DNA of 43,437 nucleotides from Cyanobacteria bacterium TMED229 (GCA_002169615.1 NHKA01000030.1:5240-48676); one strand, 5' to 3'; positions 19,216 through 30,691 are shown, counted from the first letter of the stretch. The notes: a model not told the origin generated them from the letters alone. Program-made: numbers and translations.

Positions 19216-21000
19216 TCAGAGCATCGTGTCGAGTCGTGCTGCTGTATTGACGCCCGTCCCACGGTGAACCAGACCATCTCTGATCTGCAGCGTCACCACC
19301 TCCCCATGGCGGAGATCACGGGTGGCGTTCGGCACTCCTGAGATGATCGGAATCCCTAGACGTTGCGCGATCACAGCCGCGTGGGAACGTTCGGCCGGAG
19401 ACTCTGTCACGACACCCGCAGCATGGCGGATGGCATCGAGATCCTCTGCGGTCGTGTCCTGGATCACAAGAATTTCTCCCTGTTCAATTTTGCTGGAATC
19501 ACCGGGGGAAAGGGCCAGACGCACCCTCCCGCTCACGGTGCCGCTGCCAATTCCTGTGCCCCTCGCCAGCACAGCACTGACGATTCCAACCTTGACGAAG
19601 TCTGTTGAGCCTGAAACCCCAGCCAAGGTGCCGGCGGTTTGAATCACCAGATTTCCCTCCTTGAGCAGCCCCATGTCCTGGGCTGTTCCCATCGCGACGG
19701 TGAAGGTCCCCGACGTGCTCTTCTGCTGGGGAATCAGCAATGGCGTGACACCCCAAACCAACTGGAGTTTGCGGGCCACTTCGATTTCACTGGTGATCGC
19801 CAGGATCGGTGCTGCCGGGCGGAACTTGCTGACGTTATGAGCTGTGGCACCACTTTTCGTCAGCGGCAGGATCGCAGAGGCATTCAGCTGGCTTGCGATG
19901 GTGCTCACAGCGCTGCTGATCGCATTCGGAATCGTGCTGGGCAGATGACTGTCGATGGATCGCCGTGGGTAATCCTTCTCGATCCGTTGCGCGATGGTGG
20001 CCATGGTCTGAACCGCTTCAACGGGGAAATCACCGACGGCTGTCTCATTGGACAGCATCACAGCATCAGTCCCGTCGAGAATCGCATTGGCCACATCACT
20101 GACTTCAGCCCGGGTTGGCCTGGGGCTTGAGGCCATGGAATCCAACATCTGGGTGGCCGTGATGATCGGAATCCCGAGGCTGTTGGCCCTGCGGATCAGT
20201 TCTTTCTGCAGCAGTGGAACCTCCTCTGCTGGCATTTCAACGCCCAAGTCACCCCGGGCCACCATCACGCCATCGCAGAGGGGCATGATCGTGTCGATCT
20301 GATCGATGGCTTCGAATTTCTCGATCTTGGCGACCACGGGAGTGCTAAATCCGTGGCTCCGGATCAGCTCACGGATCTCCTGCATGTCCGACGGATTGCG
20401 CACAAAGCTCAGGGCAACCCAGTCCACCCCTTGCTGAAGCCCGAAGGCCAGATCGTCGCGATCCTTGTCCGTGAGTGCCCGAACGGAGAGTTGAACATCG
20501 GGGAAATTCACCCCTTTGTTGTTGGACAGAACCCCGCCGACCGTGACACTGCAGTGCAGGGTCTGTTCGCTCTGATCAATCTCCTCCACCTTCATTTCGA
20601 CACGACCGTCGTCGAGAAGGATTCGACTCCCAGCTGTCACCTCCTCAGCAAGCTTGTCGTAGGTCACAGTTGCGATCGTCTGATTGCAGCTCACCTGGCG
20701 TGAGGTGAGGGCAAAGCGATCACCCTTGCCGAGCGTGATCGGACCTTCCGCGAATCGTCCAAGCCTGATCTTGGGGCCCTGCAGGTCCTGAAGGATTCCG
20801 ATGTGCTGTCCAAGTTCAGAGGACACCTTTCGGATGGTGGCGATGCGTGCTGCGTGCTCGCTGTGATCTCCGTGCGAGAAATTCAGACGGAAGGTGGTGG
20901 CACCTGCCTGAACCAGCTCGCGGATGCGCTCAGCACTCTCAGTCGCCGGGCCGATGGTGGCCACGATCTTGGTCCGTCGGTTCTGTTCGAACTGGGCCAT
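19216..21000 (-). CDS. pyk: Pyruvate kinase with C-terminal PEP-utiliser swivelling domain
   Basis: Motifs [36 protein letters not shown] and ATQMLDSM, plus C-terminal [13 protein letters not shown]. Confidence 0.97.
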   Translation of the reverse strand: MAQFEQNRRTKIVATIGPATESAERIRELVQAGATTFRLNFSHGDHSEHAARIATIRKVSSELGQHIGILQDLQGPKIRLGRFAEGPITLGKGDRFALTSRQVSCNQTIATVTYDKLAEEVTAGSRILLDDGRVEMKVEEIDQSEQTLHCSVTVGGVLSNNKGVNFPDVQLSVRALTDKDRDDLAFGLQQGVDWVALSFVRNPSDMQEIRELIRSHGFSTPVVAKIEKFEAIDQIDTIMPLCDGVMVARGDLGVEMPAEEVPLLQKELIRRANSLGIPIITATQMLDSMASSPRPTRAEVSDVANAILDGTDAVMLSNETAVGDFPVEAVQTMATIAQRIEKDYPRRSIDSHLPSTIPNAISSAVSTIASQLNASAILPLTKSGATAHNVSKFRPAAPILAITSEIEVARKLQLVWGVTPLLIPQQKSTSGTFTVAMGTAQDMGLLKEGNLVIQTAGTLAGVSGSTDFVKVGIVSAVLARGTGIGSGTVSGRVRLALSPGDSSKIEQGEILVIQDTTAEDLDAIRHAAGVVTESPAERSHAAVIAQRLGIPIISGVPNATRDLRHGEVVTLQIRDGLVHRGTGVNTAARLDTML

Positions 21001-21075
21001 ATCGGGGCCGGAAGACCGTGCGGAAACTACCATCCAGTCATTTTGCAGCCGGGCCCTCCGGAGGTTGTAAACGTC

Positions 21076-21405
21076 ATGGAACTCAAGGCCTACCAGGAGG
21101 CAGCCCGAAGCACGGCCTCCTATCCCGATCTTGGAGCGAATCCGATCTATCCCACGTTGGGTCTGACCGGAGAGGCAGGGGAGGTTGCGGACAAGGTGAA
21201 GAAGGTGCTCCGCGATCGTGGCGGAGTGTTTGATCCTGAAGCCCGTGAAGCGATCAAGCTGGAACTCGGAGATGTTCTCTGGTATGTCGCGCTGTTGTCA
21301 CAGGAGCTCGGTTATGACCTCGAGGAGGTCGCTGCGTCGAATCTCGACAAACTCGCCAGCCGGGCGGCCAGGGGCCGCATCTCCGGCAGCGGAGACCAAC
21401 GCTGA
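21076..21405 (+). CDS. MazG-like nucleoside triphosphate pyrophosphohydrolase
   Basis: Motifs [32 protein letters not shown] and GSGD. Start at ATG 21076. Confidence 0.9.
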   Translation: MELKAYQEAARSTASYPDLGANPIYPTLGLTGEAGEVADKVKKVLRDRGGVFDPEAREAIKLELGDVLWYVALLSQELGYDLEEVAASNLDKLASRAARGRISGSGDQR

Positions 21406-21420
21406 TTCCTTCCCCGAGTT

Positions 21421-21885
21421 ATGACCTTTCGGATCCTTCCTGCACTGCTGGCTGCACTGCTGTTTCTTGGAGCTTGTCTTCCGGCCTGGGCTGCAGATCT
21501 GAAGCTGTCGCAAGTGAGTTTGGATCCATGCGGTGCTGAGGATCCCGGAAATCAACCGGATTTCGTCAGACCGATGGGAGCCAGCTGTTTTGTTCTGAGT
21601 GGAACGGTGGACAATCCCGGGAAACGCTCGATCGTGGACACCGATGTGTTCGCTCGCATCCTGGATGCCAGTGGCGAGCCCGTGCTGCAGAACAGAACGC
21701 GCGTGGGTTCGATTGGGGATGTTGCCCCTGGCTCTCATCCCTTTTCACTGCGACTTGCCGTTCCGGCGGGAACACCTGGGCCATTTGACGTTCGCAATGC
21801 CAAAGCCCGTGGTTTCACAGCACCGGTTCGAAGTCGCGCTGGTCTCGACGATGAATTGCTGCCACTTGAACAGACCATTCAGTGA
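21421..21885 (+). CDS. Conserved hypothetical exported protein
   Basis: Signal peptide ending PAWA, two Cys, and DVFARILDASGEPVLQNRTRVGSIGDV. Confidence 0.75.
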   Translation: MTFRILPALLAALLFLGACLPAWAADLKLSQVSLDPCGAEDPGNQPDFVRPMGASCFVLSGTVDNPGKRSIVDTDVFARILDASGEPVLQNRTRVGSIGDVAPGSHPFSLRLAVPAGTPGPFDVRNAKARGFTAPVRSRAGLDDELLPLEQTIQ

Positions 21886-21890
21886 ATGGA

Positions 21891-22184
21891 TCAGTACGCC
21901 GCTGCTGCGCTGTAGAAATACATGCTTGCATTCAGAAGCAGCTGTTGCATCAGGTTCAGCGCCACAAAGGCAAGGATTGCTGAGAGATCAATGCCGCCAA
22001 GAGGTGGGATCAGTCCTCGGAAGGCGTTGAGATAGGGGTCGGTGATTGAACTCACCGTGGATAAAACCGGATTGCTCCAGTCGAGGTTGGGGAACCAGCT
22101 CAGCAGAACCCGCACAATCAGGACCAGTGAATAGATCTGCAGGGTCTGGGACAGCACCTGAAACAGAGTCACCAGAGGATCCAT
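21891..22184 (-). CDS. YggT/Ycf19 family membrane protein
   Basis: Motifs RVLLSWFPNLDW and ITDPYLNAFRGLIPPLGGIDLS. Confidence 0.93.
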   Translation of the reverse strand: MDPLVTLFQVLSQTLQIYSLVLIVRVLLSWFPNLDWSNPVLSTVSSITDPYLNAFRGLIPPLGGIDLSAILAFVALNLMQQLLLNASMYFYSAAAAY

Positions 22185-22209
22185 GAAACGTGTTTGTGTT
22201 GCTACGACT

Positions 22210-22710
22210 CTATGCAGAGTCAGCGATGTCTGAACCACTCAGATCCGGAAGAACAGAGAAGGTTCGGTGAAATTTTTCCGAGAGTGTCAGCCAGTAGGAG
22301 CGTCCATCACTCTGCCGTCGACGTTCGATGAAATCCTGAGACAGAAGTTCCTTGATGTGGTCATAGGCACCTGAGCCCCTCAAATCCACCAGCTCCGATT
22401 GCAGGATCCGTTTTTTCAGCGCGATGGTCGCGAGGGTTCGCAAGGTCGCCGTGGACAAGTTCACAGGCAGGAGGTTCTGCACCAGATCGCTCAGTCCCGG
22501 TCTGAGCTGCAGGCAGAACCGTCCCTTGAGTTCAACGATTTCGAGAGCTGTGTCCCGTTGGGCATAGCCGGTGGTGAGAACAAGCAGGGCGTTTTCGACA
22601 GAAGCTTTGTCCGCCTGGGCCAGCTCCACAAGCTCATGCACCGACGTCGGCCGACCCTTCAAATAGAGGATGGCCTCGATCCTGGCTGCCAGGGATGGGT
22701 CATCCTGCAT
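22210..22710 (-). CDS. scpB: SMC-Scp complex subunit ScpB
   Basis: Motifs IEAILY, LSTATLRTLATIA, LVDLRG and HIKEL. Start uncertain (22710-22728). Confidence 0.92.
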   Translation of the reverse strand: MQDDPSLAARIEAILYLKGRPTSVHELVELAQADKASVENALLVLTTGYAQRDTALEIVELKGRFCLQLRPGLSDLVQNLLPVNLSTATLRTLATIALKKRILQSELVDLRGSGAYDHIKELLSQDFIERRRQSDGRSYWLTLSEKFHRTFSVLPDLSGSDIADSA

Positions 22711-22753
22711 CTCCATCCCTTGGAACACATTTCACGCTACCCCTGCAGACCCC

Positions 22754-24283
22754 TTAGAGGAACAGGGTGTAAGCGAGATTTGATGTTTCGTCCCAGCAGG
22801 GATAACCGAGCTCTTGAAGAAAGGCATGCCACTCGGAGATCTCTTCATCCGGGACCAGAACACCCACGACGATCCGACCGGTGTCGGATCCGTGGTTGCG
22901 GTAGTGAAAGATGCTGATGCTCCAGTTCGGGTGCAGTGCGCTGACAAATCGCATCAGTGCTCCCGGACGCTCCGGAAATTCAAAGCGGTACAGCAGCTCC
23001 CTGCCATGGACGGAGCTGTTGTTCCGTGCAGTCGCCGGCAACCGACCCCCCACCATGTGGCGCAGGTGGAGAACCGCCAATTCGTTTTCGCTTAGGTCCT
23101 GACAGGGAAATCCACGGCTGATCAGGCTTTGGACCAGTGTCTGTCGGTCCTCGCGGCCGTGGATCTGCACCCCGATGAAGATCTGCGCCCGATCCCCCTC
23201 ACTCATGCGATAGCTGAATTCGGTGAGGCTTCGGTCCTGCAGCACGGTGCAGAGATTTCGGAGGCTGCCTGACTGCTCAGGGATTTCCACCGCGAGCATC
23301 GCCTCACGCTCCTCGCCCAGATCAGCGCGCTCCGAGATGAAGCGCAACCGATCGAAATTCATGTTGGCGCCGCAGGCCACCGCCACCAGGTCCTGCTCCC
23401 GCAGTTGACGCTCCCCGACATCTTTTTTCAACCCCGCCAGAGCAAGAGCGCCCGCCGGCTCAAGGATCGATCGGGTGTCCTCGAAAACATCCTTGATGGC
23501 GGCACAGATGGCGTCGGTGTCCACGGTGATCATCCGGTCCACATGGCGCTGGGCCAGCTCAAACGTCAGCGCGCCGACCTTGCGGACGGCAACACCGTCT
23601 GCAAACAGCCCGACATGACTGAGCTCCACTCGTTCGCCGGCCTCGAGCGAAAGGGTCATCGCCGCGGCATCGATCGGTTCGACTCCGATCACCTCCACGT
23701 TCGGCCAGAGGCTCTTGATGTAAGACGCGACACCGGCGATCAGTCCCCCACCCCCGACCGCCAGATAAACCGCCCGCGGCGGCGACTCCACCTGTCGCAT
23801 CAGCTCCAGGCCGATGGTGCCCTGGCCAGCGATGACCTCGGGATCATCGAAGGGATGAATGAAGGTCAGCCCCTCGTCATCGCAGCGTCGATAGGCCTCA
23901 GCTGAACATTCGTCGTAGGTCTCACCATGCAGCACCACATCGCCGCCGAGTGCCTTCACCGCTCGGACTTTCACCTCCGGTGTGGTTTTCGGCATCACGA
24001 TCACCGCTCGGCATCCAAGCTTCGAGGCGCTGAGGGCAACGCCCTGGGCATGGTTGCCCGCACTGGCGGCGATGACACCACGATCCAGGTCTGCCTGGCT
24101 CAACTGCGCCATGCGGTTGTACGCACCACGCAACTTGAACGAGAACACCGGTTGCAGGTCCTCCCGCTTCAACCAGATCCGGTTGTTCAGTCGGCGACTC
24201 AGATTCGGAGCGAAATCCAGTGGGGTTTCCTGAGCGACGTCATAGACGCGGGCCCGCAGGATCCTCTGGAGGTAATCGGTCAT
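22754..24283 (-). CDS. ilvA: Threonine ammonia-lyase, biosynthetic
   Basis: Motifs [42 protein letters not shown] and FHYRNHG. Confidence 0.97.
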   Translation of the reverse strand: MTDYLQRILRARVYDVAQETPLDFAPNLSRRLNNRIWLKREDLQPVFSFKLRGAYNRMAQLSQADLDRGVIAASAGNHAQGVALSASKLGCRAVIVMPKTTPEVKVRAVKALGGDVVLHGETYDECSAEAYRRCDDEGLTFIHPFDDPEVIAGQGTIGLELMRQVESPPRAVYLAVGGGGLIAGVASYIKSLWPNVEVIGVEPIDAAAMTLSLEAGERVELSHVGLFADGVAVRKVGALTFELAQRHVDRMITVDTDAICAAIKDVFEDTRSILEPAGALALAGLKKDVGERQLREQDLVAVACGANMNFDRLRFISERADLGEEREAMLAVEIPEQSGSLRNLCTVLQDRSLTEFSYRMSEGDRAQIFIGVQIHGREDRQTLVQSLISRGFPCQDLSENELAVLHLRHMVGGRLPATARNNSSVHGRELLYRFEFPERPGALMRFVSALHPNWSISIFHYRNHGSDTGRIVVGVLVPDEEISEWHAFLQELGYPCWDETSNLAYTLFL

Positions 24284-24362
24284 CCGTCCATTCTCATCAA
24301 CGCCGGTGGGCAACTTGCCTGTGATGGACACCGTAGATTGCATGGATTGGAGCGGGTCATGC

Positions 24363-26294
24363 ATGCATCTCGGAGACCTAACGCATCCGAACCAACTGCA
24401 TGGTCTCAGCACCGCTGAGCTGGAGGAGATTGGCCGTCAGATCCGGGAACGCCACCTTGAGGTTGTGTCCACCAGTGGCGGTCATCTCGGACCCGGACTC
24501 GGCGTTGTCGAATTAACACTTGCTCTTTATCAGACCCTGGATCTGGACCGCGACCGTGTGGTCTGGGATGTTGGTCATCAGGCCTATCCGCACAAACTGA
24601 TCACGGGCCGTTTTCAGTCTTTCGACACACTCAGGCAACAAAACGGTGTTGCTGGATATCTGAAACGCAGCGAAAGCCGGTTCGATCATTTCGGAGCCGG
24701 TCATGCCAGCACATCCATTTCTGCAGCTCTCGGGATGGCCATGGCCCGGGACCGTCGAGGGGAGGATTTCCGTTGCGTTGCCGTGATCGGTGATGGCGCT
24801 CTCACCGGTGGCATGGCGCTGGAGGCGATCAACCACGCCGGCCATCTGCCGGAGACCCCCTTCGTGGTGGTGTTGAACGACAACGACATGTCGATTTCAC
24901 CTCCTGTCGGAGCCTTGTCGACGTATCTGAATCGAATGCGGCTGAGTCCGCCGATGCAGTTTCTCTCCGGGAGCGTGGAGGAAAGCGTTCGGCATCTGCC
25001 GTTCATGGGCGGTGAACTTCCTGCGGAGCTGAACCGTCTGAAGGGAAGCATGCGCCGACTCGCGGTCCCCAAGGTCGGAGCGGTGTTCGAAGAACTCGGC
25101 TTCACCTACATGGGCCCGATTGATGGTCATGACATCGCCGAGATGAAACGCACCTTTGAGGCGGCTCATCGGGAAGGTGGCCCCGTGCTGGTGCATGTGG
25201 TGACCACGAAAGGCAAGGGATATCCCTACGCCGAGGCCGATCAGGTCGGATATCACGCCCAGTCGGCGTTCGACCTCAGCACCGGCAAGGCGATTCCCTC
25301 CAAAACGCCGAAACCTCCCAGCTACAGCAAGGTTTTTGGTCAGACGCTCGTGAAGCTCTGCGAGCAGAACAGCCGCGTCGTCGGGATCACAGCCGCCATG
25401 GCCACGGGCACGGGCCTTGATCTGCTTCAGAAGGCCATACCCGATCAATATGTGGATGTGGGCATTGCTGAGCAGCACGCCGTGACCCTGGCAGCAGGCA
25501 TGGCCTGTGAAGGACTTCGCCCCGTGGTGGCGATCTACAGCACCTTCCTTCAACGGGCCTTCGACCAGCTCATTCACGATGTCGGTATCCAGAAGCTGCC
25601 GGTCACCTTCGTGCTTGACCGAGCTGGCATCGTTGGCGCTGATGGACCCACCCATCAGGGTCAGTACGACATCAGTTACATGCGTGCCATCCCGAATTTC
25701 ACGGTGATGGCTCCTAAGGATGAAGCTGAACTGCAGCAGATGCTTGTGACCTGTCTCTCCCATGACGGGCCGACAGCACTGCGGATTCCACGCGGTTCGG
25801 GAATTGGAGCCGCCCTGATGGAAGAGGGTTGGGAGCCTTTGCCGATCGGTCGCGGTGAGCTGCTGCGTGAAGGCGATGACCTTCTGATCGTTGCCTACGG
25901 CGCCATGGTTCACCCAGCCCTTGCCACCGCAACCCTGCTCGAAGAGGTTGGACTTTCGGCAACGGTGATCAATGCTCGATTCCTGCGACCACTCGATCAG
26001 GCATTGATTCATCCGCTCGCTCGACGCATTGGTCGTGTTGTGACCATGGAGGAGGGTGCCCTGCCCGGTGGTTTCGGCTCTGCGGTGCTGGAGTCCCTTT
26101 CCGATGAATCAATCAGCGTTGACATGCTGAGGATTGGTGTGCCGGATCAACTCGTTGATCACGCCACCCCCCAACAGAGCAAGGAGGCACTGGGGCTCAC
26201 CCCAGTTCAGATGATGACTCGCATCCGCGATCGATTCGCCGCTGTGTCTGCTGTTGGACTTCAGGACAACCGAAAAGTCGGAATGCCCACCTGA
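24363..26294 (+). CDS. dxs: 1-deoxy-D-xylulose-5-phosphate synthase
   Basis: Motifs [40 protein letters not shown] and [13 protein letters not shown]. Confidence 0.97.
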   Translation: MHLGDLTHPNQLHGLSTAELEEIGRQIRERHLEVVSTSGGHLGPGLGVVELTLALYQTLDLDRDRVVWDVGHQAYPHKLITGRFQSFDTLRQQNGVAGYLKRSESRFDHFGAGHASTSISAALGMAMARDRRGEDFRCVAVIGDGALTGGMALEAINHAGHLPETPFVVVLNDNDMSISPPVGALSTYLNRMRLSPPMQFLSGSVEESVRHLPFMGGELPAELNRLKGSMRRLAVPKVGAVFEELGFTYMGPIDGHDIAEMKRTFEAAHREGGPVLVHVVTTKGKGYPYAEADQVGYHAQSAFDLSTGKAIPSKTPKPPSYSKVFGQTLVKLCEQNSRVVGITAAMATGTGLDLLQKAIPDQYVDVGIAEQHAVTLAAGMACEGLRPVVAIYSTFLQRAFDQLIHDVGIQKLPVTFVLDRAGIVGADGPTHQGQYDISYMRAIPNFTVMAPKDEAELQQMLVTCLSHDGPTALRIPRGSGIGAALMEEGWEPLPIGRGELLREGDDLLIVAYGAMVHPALATATLLEEVGLSATVINARFLRPLDQALIHPLARRIGRVVTMEEGALPGGFGSAVLESLSDESISVDMLRIGVPDQLVDHATPQQSKEALGLTPVQMMTRIRDRFAAVSAVGLQDNRKVGMPT

Positions 26295-26312
26295 CGATGA
26301 CTGGGCATCAGG

Positions 26313-27512
26313 GTGAATGTCCTCGTCGCCGGAGCTGGTCCTGCCGGTGCGCGACTGGCATCCGCGCTGGCATCCGCCGGTTGGGAGGTCACCCTGGTGG
26401 ATCCTCTCCAGGATCCTCACCACAACGCTTATTCCAGCGCTGCTTTACCGCTTGACGACGCGGTTCGTCTCGGCTTGCCCAGCTCCTGTCATGCGGCTGC
26501 ATGGCAGGGGTGGCAACTGATCGATCCCAATGCGATCGAGCATCAGTGGTGGTCCAACCGGGATCTCGGAATTGTGCTGGATTTCGGCCAGCTGCGATCC
26601 CATCTCTGGGATCGAGCCCGACAGGCCGGAGTTGAACTGCTCACCGGATGGCGTGTGCAGTTGGATGAACTGCATCAGAACCACGCTGAACTGACCCTGG
26701 TCAACAGGGACGGAAGAAGGGAGCGGCGATCAGTGAGGTGTCTGATTGATGCCACGGGTGCCAGGCGTTGTCTTCTTCGCCAGGCGAAGATTCCTGTTGA
26801 CACCCCACAAGATCCGCTTCTCTGCGGCCAGGGCGTGGAATGGTTGATCCAAGCCGATGATCGAGGATCGGCTCACTGGCGCGATCGTCTTAGTTTTTTT
26901 CTCGGCACGTGTTGGGTGCTCCATGGCTATGGCTGGGTGTTCCCCATGGCGGACAACCGCTTGAAGGTCGGGGTGTGTCGGCTCCGCCCTCCTCATCCAT
27001 CGCGGGGCCAGCAGGGGCTTGGTTCAGCCCTTGTGAATCTGCTGCACTGTTGCGGCCTGGCTGATTGCCCAGTGCTCGATCGCCATGGTGGTTTGGTCTC
27101 CAGCAGTGTGCAGAGGCTCGAACCGATGGGGTGGGGTGCGCTTCTTGCCATTGGAGATGCCGCGAGCACGGCCAACCTCCTCGGAGGTGAGGGCATTCGT
27201 CATGCCCTGGCCAGTGCGGACCATCTGGCAGAAGCCTTGTTCAATCACTCCGGTGACCTGCGCAGAGGCATGGATCCAGCTCGGCTTGCCTACGCAAGAG
27301 ATCTCAAACGATCCTTGGGGGCGAACTGGACGATCTCTGGACGACTGGCGCGTCGCACGTGGTGGGGGCTTCAAACGGAACAAGCGGACAAGCGCTTGGA
27401 ACGGTTGATCGCTGGCCTCTCAGCTCACGCCGAAGCCGATGAACTCGTTGATCTGCTGTTTCGCTATCGATTCCAGCGTTATGGCTGGCGTCTCGTCCGC
27501 TATTTGTTCTGA
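26313..27512 (+). CDS. NAD(P)/FAD-dependent oxidoreductase (geranylgeranyl reductase-like)
   Basis: Motifs VAGAGPAG, IDATG, GYGWVFP and GDAASTANLLGGEGIR. Confidence 0.85.
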   Translation: MNVLVAGAGPAGARLASALASAGWEVTLVDPLQDPHHNAYSSAALPLDDAVRLGLPSSCHAAAWQGWQLIDPNAIEHQWWSNRDLGIVLDFGQLRSHLWDRARQAGVELLTGWRVQLDELHQNHAELTLVNRDGRRERRSVRCLIDATGARRCLLRQAKIPVDTPQDPLLCGQGVEWLIQADDRGSAHWRDRLSFFLGTCWVLHGYGWVFPMADNRLKVGVCRLRPPHPSRGQQGLGSALVNLLHCCGLADCPVLDRHGGLVSSSVQRLEPMGWGALLAIGDAASTANLLGGEGIRHALASADHLAEALFNHSGDLRRGMDPARLAYARDLKRSLGANWTISGRLARRTWWGLQTEQADKRLERLIAGLSAHAEADELVDLLFRYRFQRYGWRLVRYLF

Positions 27513-27589
27513 ACTTGAATCGTGAAGAGGCTTCTCAGATAGGGAGCCAATCCGTTGAATTGATTCCCTATCAGCAGCAACCTTTTGGC

Positions 27590-27847
27590 TCAGAGCATGC
27601 CGCGGGCAGCCAGACCCTGAATAGCACCGATGCCGATGATGTGACCAAGGCTGGTTGTGCCGAGAAGAGCAGCGTGTCCCATGCCACCGAAGAAGGCTGG
27701 ATTGGGGAGTTGAGCTCCTTCGCTGGGGTGCTTGATGGTGGCCTTGCCGATACCGATGGCAATCACGTTGCACACGATCATCACCAGGGCAACTTTGGGG
27801 GACCAGGTGAGCGTGGCGGGAGCGATGGCAAAAATGGGGGTCAGCAT
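27590..27847 (-). CDS. psaK: Photosystem I subunit PsaK
   Basis: Motifs TWSPKVALVMIVCNVIAI and LLGTTSLGHIIGIGAIQGL. Confidence 0.95.
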   Translation of the reverse strand: MLTPIFAIAPATLTWSPKVALVMIVCNVIAIGIGKATIKHPSEGAQLPNPAFFGGMGHAALLGTTSLGHIIGIGAIQGLAARGML

Positions 27848-27904
27848 GCAGGCCATGGAGCGACGCCTCATCATCTGAGGTCATCGCGAATGTGCCCTGT
27901 TCTC

Positions 27905-28210
27905 TTAAGAGTTGTTCACTTCAGCCCTGCTGCCGTGCAGCAACCCCCAGACAAGGACAGCGTTGGACAGTGTGAGAAAGACCTCAGCGCCTCCGTGAAG
28001 CGCATCAATGTCGACAAGCTCCGCATCACAGCAGCGCAAAGCAATCAGAGCAGCGCCAATCGTCACCAGAACGAACAGCAGGGTGAGGCGAAACCCCCAC
28101 AGAGCCGCCTGCGGGAGGCGATTCGATTGCCGGGTCCATCGCAGAAACAGCAGATAGGGCAGAAGCGACAGGGCAAACAGAGGGCTTGGATCGATCGATG
28201 TCAGCGTCAT
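27905..28210 (-). CDS. DUF3593 family membrane protein
   Basis: Motifs LFALSLLPYLLFL, GFRLTLLFVLVTI and LHGGAEVFLTLSN. Confidence 0.85.
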   Translation of the reverse strand: MTLTSIDPSPLFALSLLPYLLFLRWTRQSNRLPQAALWGFRLTLLFVLVTIGAALIALRCCDAELVDIDALHGGAEVFLTLSNAVLVWGLLHGSRAEVNNS

Positions 28211-28485
28211 TCCGCGATGACCTTCTGTTTGAGTTGGAAAGCCGCCACGGCGAGAGTGGTGTTTCCGAGAAGTGTGAATCCCGCCTGCAGCAGCACGAGG
28301 CCGCGCAACTCAGCACTGTTATCAAACACATGCCAGGTGCAGGCGGCCATGGCGCTCACAAGTGCTGGAAGCATCGCGAAGGCCATGCCCTGCAACCCCC
28401 GCTGTCGCATCAACACGATCGCCACACACCACTCGAGGACCGATGCCACGTGGATCCACCATGTCCCCAACGACAGAGCGTGCAT
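28207..28485 (-). CDS. DUF2499/Ycf49 family membrane protein
   Basis: Motifs MHALSLGTWWIHVASVLEW, MLPALVSAMAACTWH and LQAGFTLLGN. Confidence 0.88.
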   Translation of the reverse strand: MHALSLGTWWIHVASVLEWCVAIVLMRQRGLQGMAFAMLPALVSAMAACTWHVFDNSAELRGLVLLQAGFTLLGNTTLAVAAFQLKQKVIAE

Positions 28486-28554
28486 CCATGTCCTTTCAGT
28501 TGATCGGAGCCTAGAAGTTGTGGACCTGATCATGAATCCATCCACAGGTTGGTG

Positions 28555-29616
28555 ATGGCTGTGGCAAGGTCCGACGCGCCTGTTGTTCTTCTCTGTGGTT
28601 ATTACGGGGAGGACAATCTCGGGGACGACGCTCTGTTGCAGGTGCTGCTGCAACAGTTGCCAAGTGGGTTTCGCCCACTGATCACAGCCCATGATCGTGA
28701 TGCAGTGATGCGGCTCGCACCCGAGGCTGCCGTGGTGAATCGACGCTCGTTGCGAGCGGTTCTCGCCTCCGTTGGACAGGTCAATGCTGTCGTTCTTGGA
28801 GGCGGAAGCCTGCTCCAGGACAGCACCAGTTTCCGCAGCTTGGTTTATTACCTGATCCTGATCGTGGTCTCCCGTCTGCGGGGTCGCCCAGTGATCCTCT
28901 GGGGGCAAGGGCTGGGTCCCCTGCGACGTCGTTTCAGTCGCTTTCTGGTGCGCCTTGTTTTGCCGCTGTGCACAGCGGCTTCGTGGCGTGATCAACGTTC
29001 ATGGCACCTGGCACAACGGCTCGCCCCGGCTCTGCCGATGCAGACGGCTCCCGATCCCGTCTGGCAAATGCCACGCCGATCCTGGAGCGGAGGGGGTGGG
29101 ATCGTGCTCAGCTGGCGCCCAACGCCGCTTCTTGACAAGCAGGGCTGGCGGGGACTTCTGGACGTTCTGGAGCAACTCGCCGTTGAACAGGATCTTCAAA
29201 TCCGCTGGCTTGCGTTTCACCAGCATCAGGATGCGACCTTGCTTGCTGATCTCCACAGCCAAGGGCTTGTTTCGGATCAGCTGCTACAGCGCAGCAGCAC
29301 GGTTGTTCCGAGAGGTGTGGAGGCTGTTGTGGATGCGGTGCGCGATGCAAGGCTCGTTCTGCCGATGCGCTTGCACGCTCTGATCCTGGCGCGGTTGGTT
29401 TGTTGTCCGATGGCGGCACTCAGCTATGACCCCAAGGTTGAGGCGGCAGCAGAGGCTTCAGGGGTGGTTTGGTCCTCGTTGCAGAAACCGCCGAATCCAC
29501 AGGCCCTGCTCAGCCAATGGCGCTCAGCGCTCGATCGTCCCGCTGACCCCGTGCTGATTGACAGCATCTGTGAACAGGCCGCATTGCATCGGAAGGTTTT
29601 TCAAAACATCCTCTAA
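28555..29616 (+). CDS. csaB: Polysaccharide pyruvyl transferase CsaB
   Basis: Motifs GYYGEDNLGDDALL, GGGSLLQDSTS, QGLGPL, MRLHALI and LSYDPKV. Confidence 0.92.
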   Translation: MAVARSDAPVVLLCGYYGEDNLGDDALLQVLLQQLPSGFRPLITAHDRDAVMRLAPEAAVVNRRSLRAVLASVGQVNAVVLGGGSLLQDSTSFRSLVYYLILIVVSRLRGRPVILWGQGLGPLRRRFSRFLVRLVLPLCTAASWRDQRSWHLAQRLAPALPMQTAPDPVWQMPRRSWSGGGGIVLSWRPTPLLDKQGWRGLLDVLEQLAVEQDLQIRWLAFHQHQDATLLADLHSQGLVSDQLLQRSSTVVPRGVEAVVDAVRDARLVLPMRLHALILARLVCCPMAALSYDPKVEAAAEASGVVWSSLQKPPNPQALLSQWRSALDRPADPVLIDSICEQAALHRKVFQNIL

Positions 29617-29635
29617 TCACGGTGATGGAGATGCC

Positions 29636-30691
29636 TTATTGATTGCCTTTGGTTTTGTGTTGGTCGGTTTTGTGTTGATCGAAGCTGCGATCAATGGCCT
29701 GTCCGATGGTCATTCCCACGGGGAGATTCCCTGCGTAGCTTGTGCCAAGAATGTGACGGTAGAGCTTTGAATCCACCAATCTGTAGGTGGAGTCTGGTAA
29801 AGCGATGTAGTTGTTTTGTCGAACCAGTTTGCTGATGTTTCTGAGGTAATAGCTGATGAATTGTCTGAATTGTTTTTTTGATCTTAGTTGCTTGTCGTTA
29901 ATATAGAGAAAAAGAGGTCTTGACAGGGGTTGATAGTCTTCAGATTGGACGGATTCAACCGAAGGTGCAACTGCATTGCCTTCTGCGTTGACGATTTTCA
30001 CGGCCTTCAATCGATTGGCGTTGTTCTTATAGTAAGAATAACCAAAATAGGCCAAGGCTGATTTATCTTCTGCGACGCAATTGACCAACTTGTTGTCATC
30101 CTCGCTGGCAAAGTAGTCTGTTCTTGAATTGCGTTTCGATCCGTTCACTGTTTTGTTGAACACGTCGTATGTTCCTGAATTCTTGCCTGGACCGCATAGG
30201 CTTATTTTTGTCGAGGGGTAGTCGAGATTGACTTGATTCCATGTTATCACTTTGCCCTGAGATTTTTTGCTCCACAACCGCGATAATTCGCTGATTGTCA
30301 TTGTGCTCACTGCGCTATTCGCAGGGTTCACGACTACAGTGATTGCATCAAAGGCGATGGGTAACTCGATGAAGTTGATCCCATTTTTTGCGCACCGCTT
30401 CAATTCTTTTGCAGAGATCGGTCTTGATGCATTCGCCAAGGGAATATTGCCATTACAAAATTGGCGAAGGCCAGCTGACGACCCCGTTTCTTGCAGCGAA
30501 AACTGAACGCCACGGCCTTCAGAGGTCTTCTGGAAACCTTCTATTGCTGCATCTGTAATCGGATAAACCGTGCTGGAACCACTGATGTTGATCGTGCCTG
30601 CGCCATGACCTGTTGAAGTCGTCAGCCCGAAAGCTGCCGCAAGACCTGCGGTGATGGCAAGGAATGGACGAAGCGCAAGGTTGGTACGCAT
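29636..30691 (-). CDS. pstS: PstS-family phosphate-binding periplasmic protein (divergent paralogue)
   Basis: Signal peptide, GSSTVYPI, ANASRPI, IAFDAITVVVN, SGT, ASEDDN and YQPLSRPLFLY. No pstCAB nearby. Confidence 0.85.
   Translation of the reverse strand: MRTNLALRPFLAITAGLAAAFGLTTSTGHGAGTINISGSSTVYPITDAAIEGFQKTSEGRGVQFSLQETGSSAGLRQFCNGNIPLANASRPISAKELKRCAKNGINFIELPIAFDAITVVVNPANSAVSTMTISELSRLWSKKSQGKVITWNQVNLDYPSTKISLCGPGKNSGTYDVFNKTVNGSKRNSRTDYFASEDDNKLVNCVAEDKSALAYFGYSYYKNNANRLKAVKIVNAEGNAVAPSVESVQSEDYQPLSRPLFLYINDKQLRSKKQFRQFISYYLRNISKLVRQNNYIALPDSTYRLVDSKLYRHILGTSYAGNLPVGMTIGQAIDRSFDQHKTDQHKTKGNQ

Noticed and set aside
19216-19560. Extra His-containing C-terminal domain on pyruvate kinase as a novel fusion
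   Set aside because: The PEP-utiliser swivelling-domain extension is already known in cyanobacterial and Bacillus pyruvate kinases.
21076-21405. MazG-like gene as a phage-derived or defence gene
   Set aside because: It has host-like composition, sits in core context and has no defence-associated neighbours.
24897-26012. 371-aa minus-strand ORF
   Set aside because: Lies entirely antisense to dxs.
27515-28555. 346-aa plus-strand ORF
   Set aside because: Antisense to psaK, DUF3593 and DUF2499, which are all well supported.
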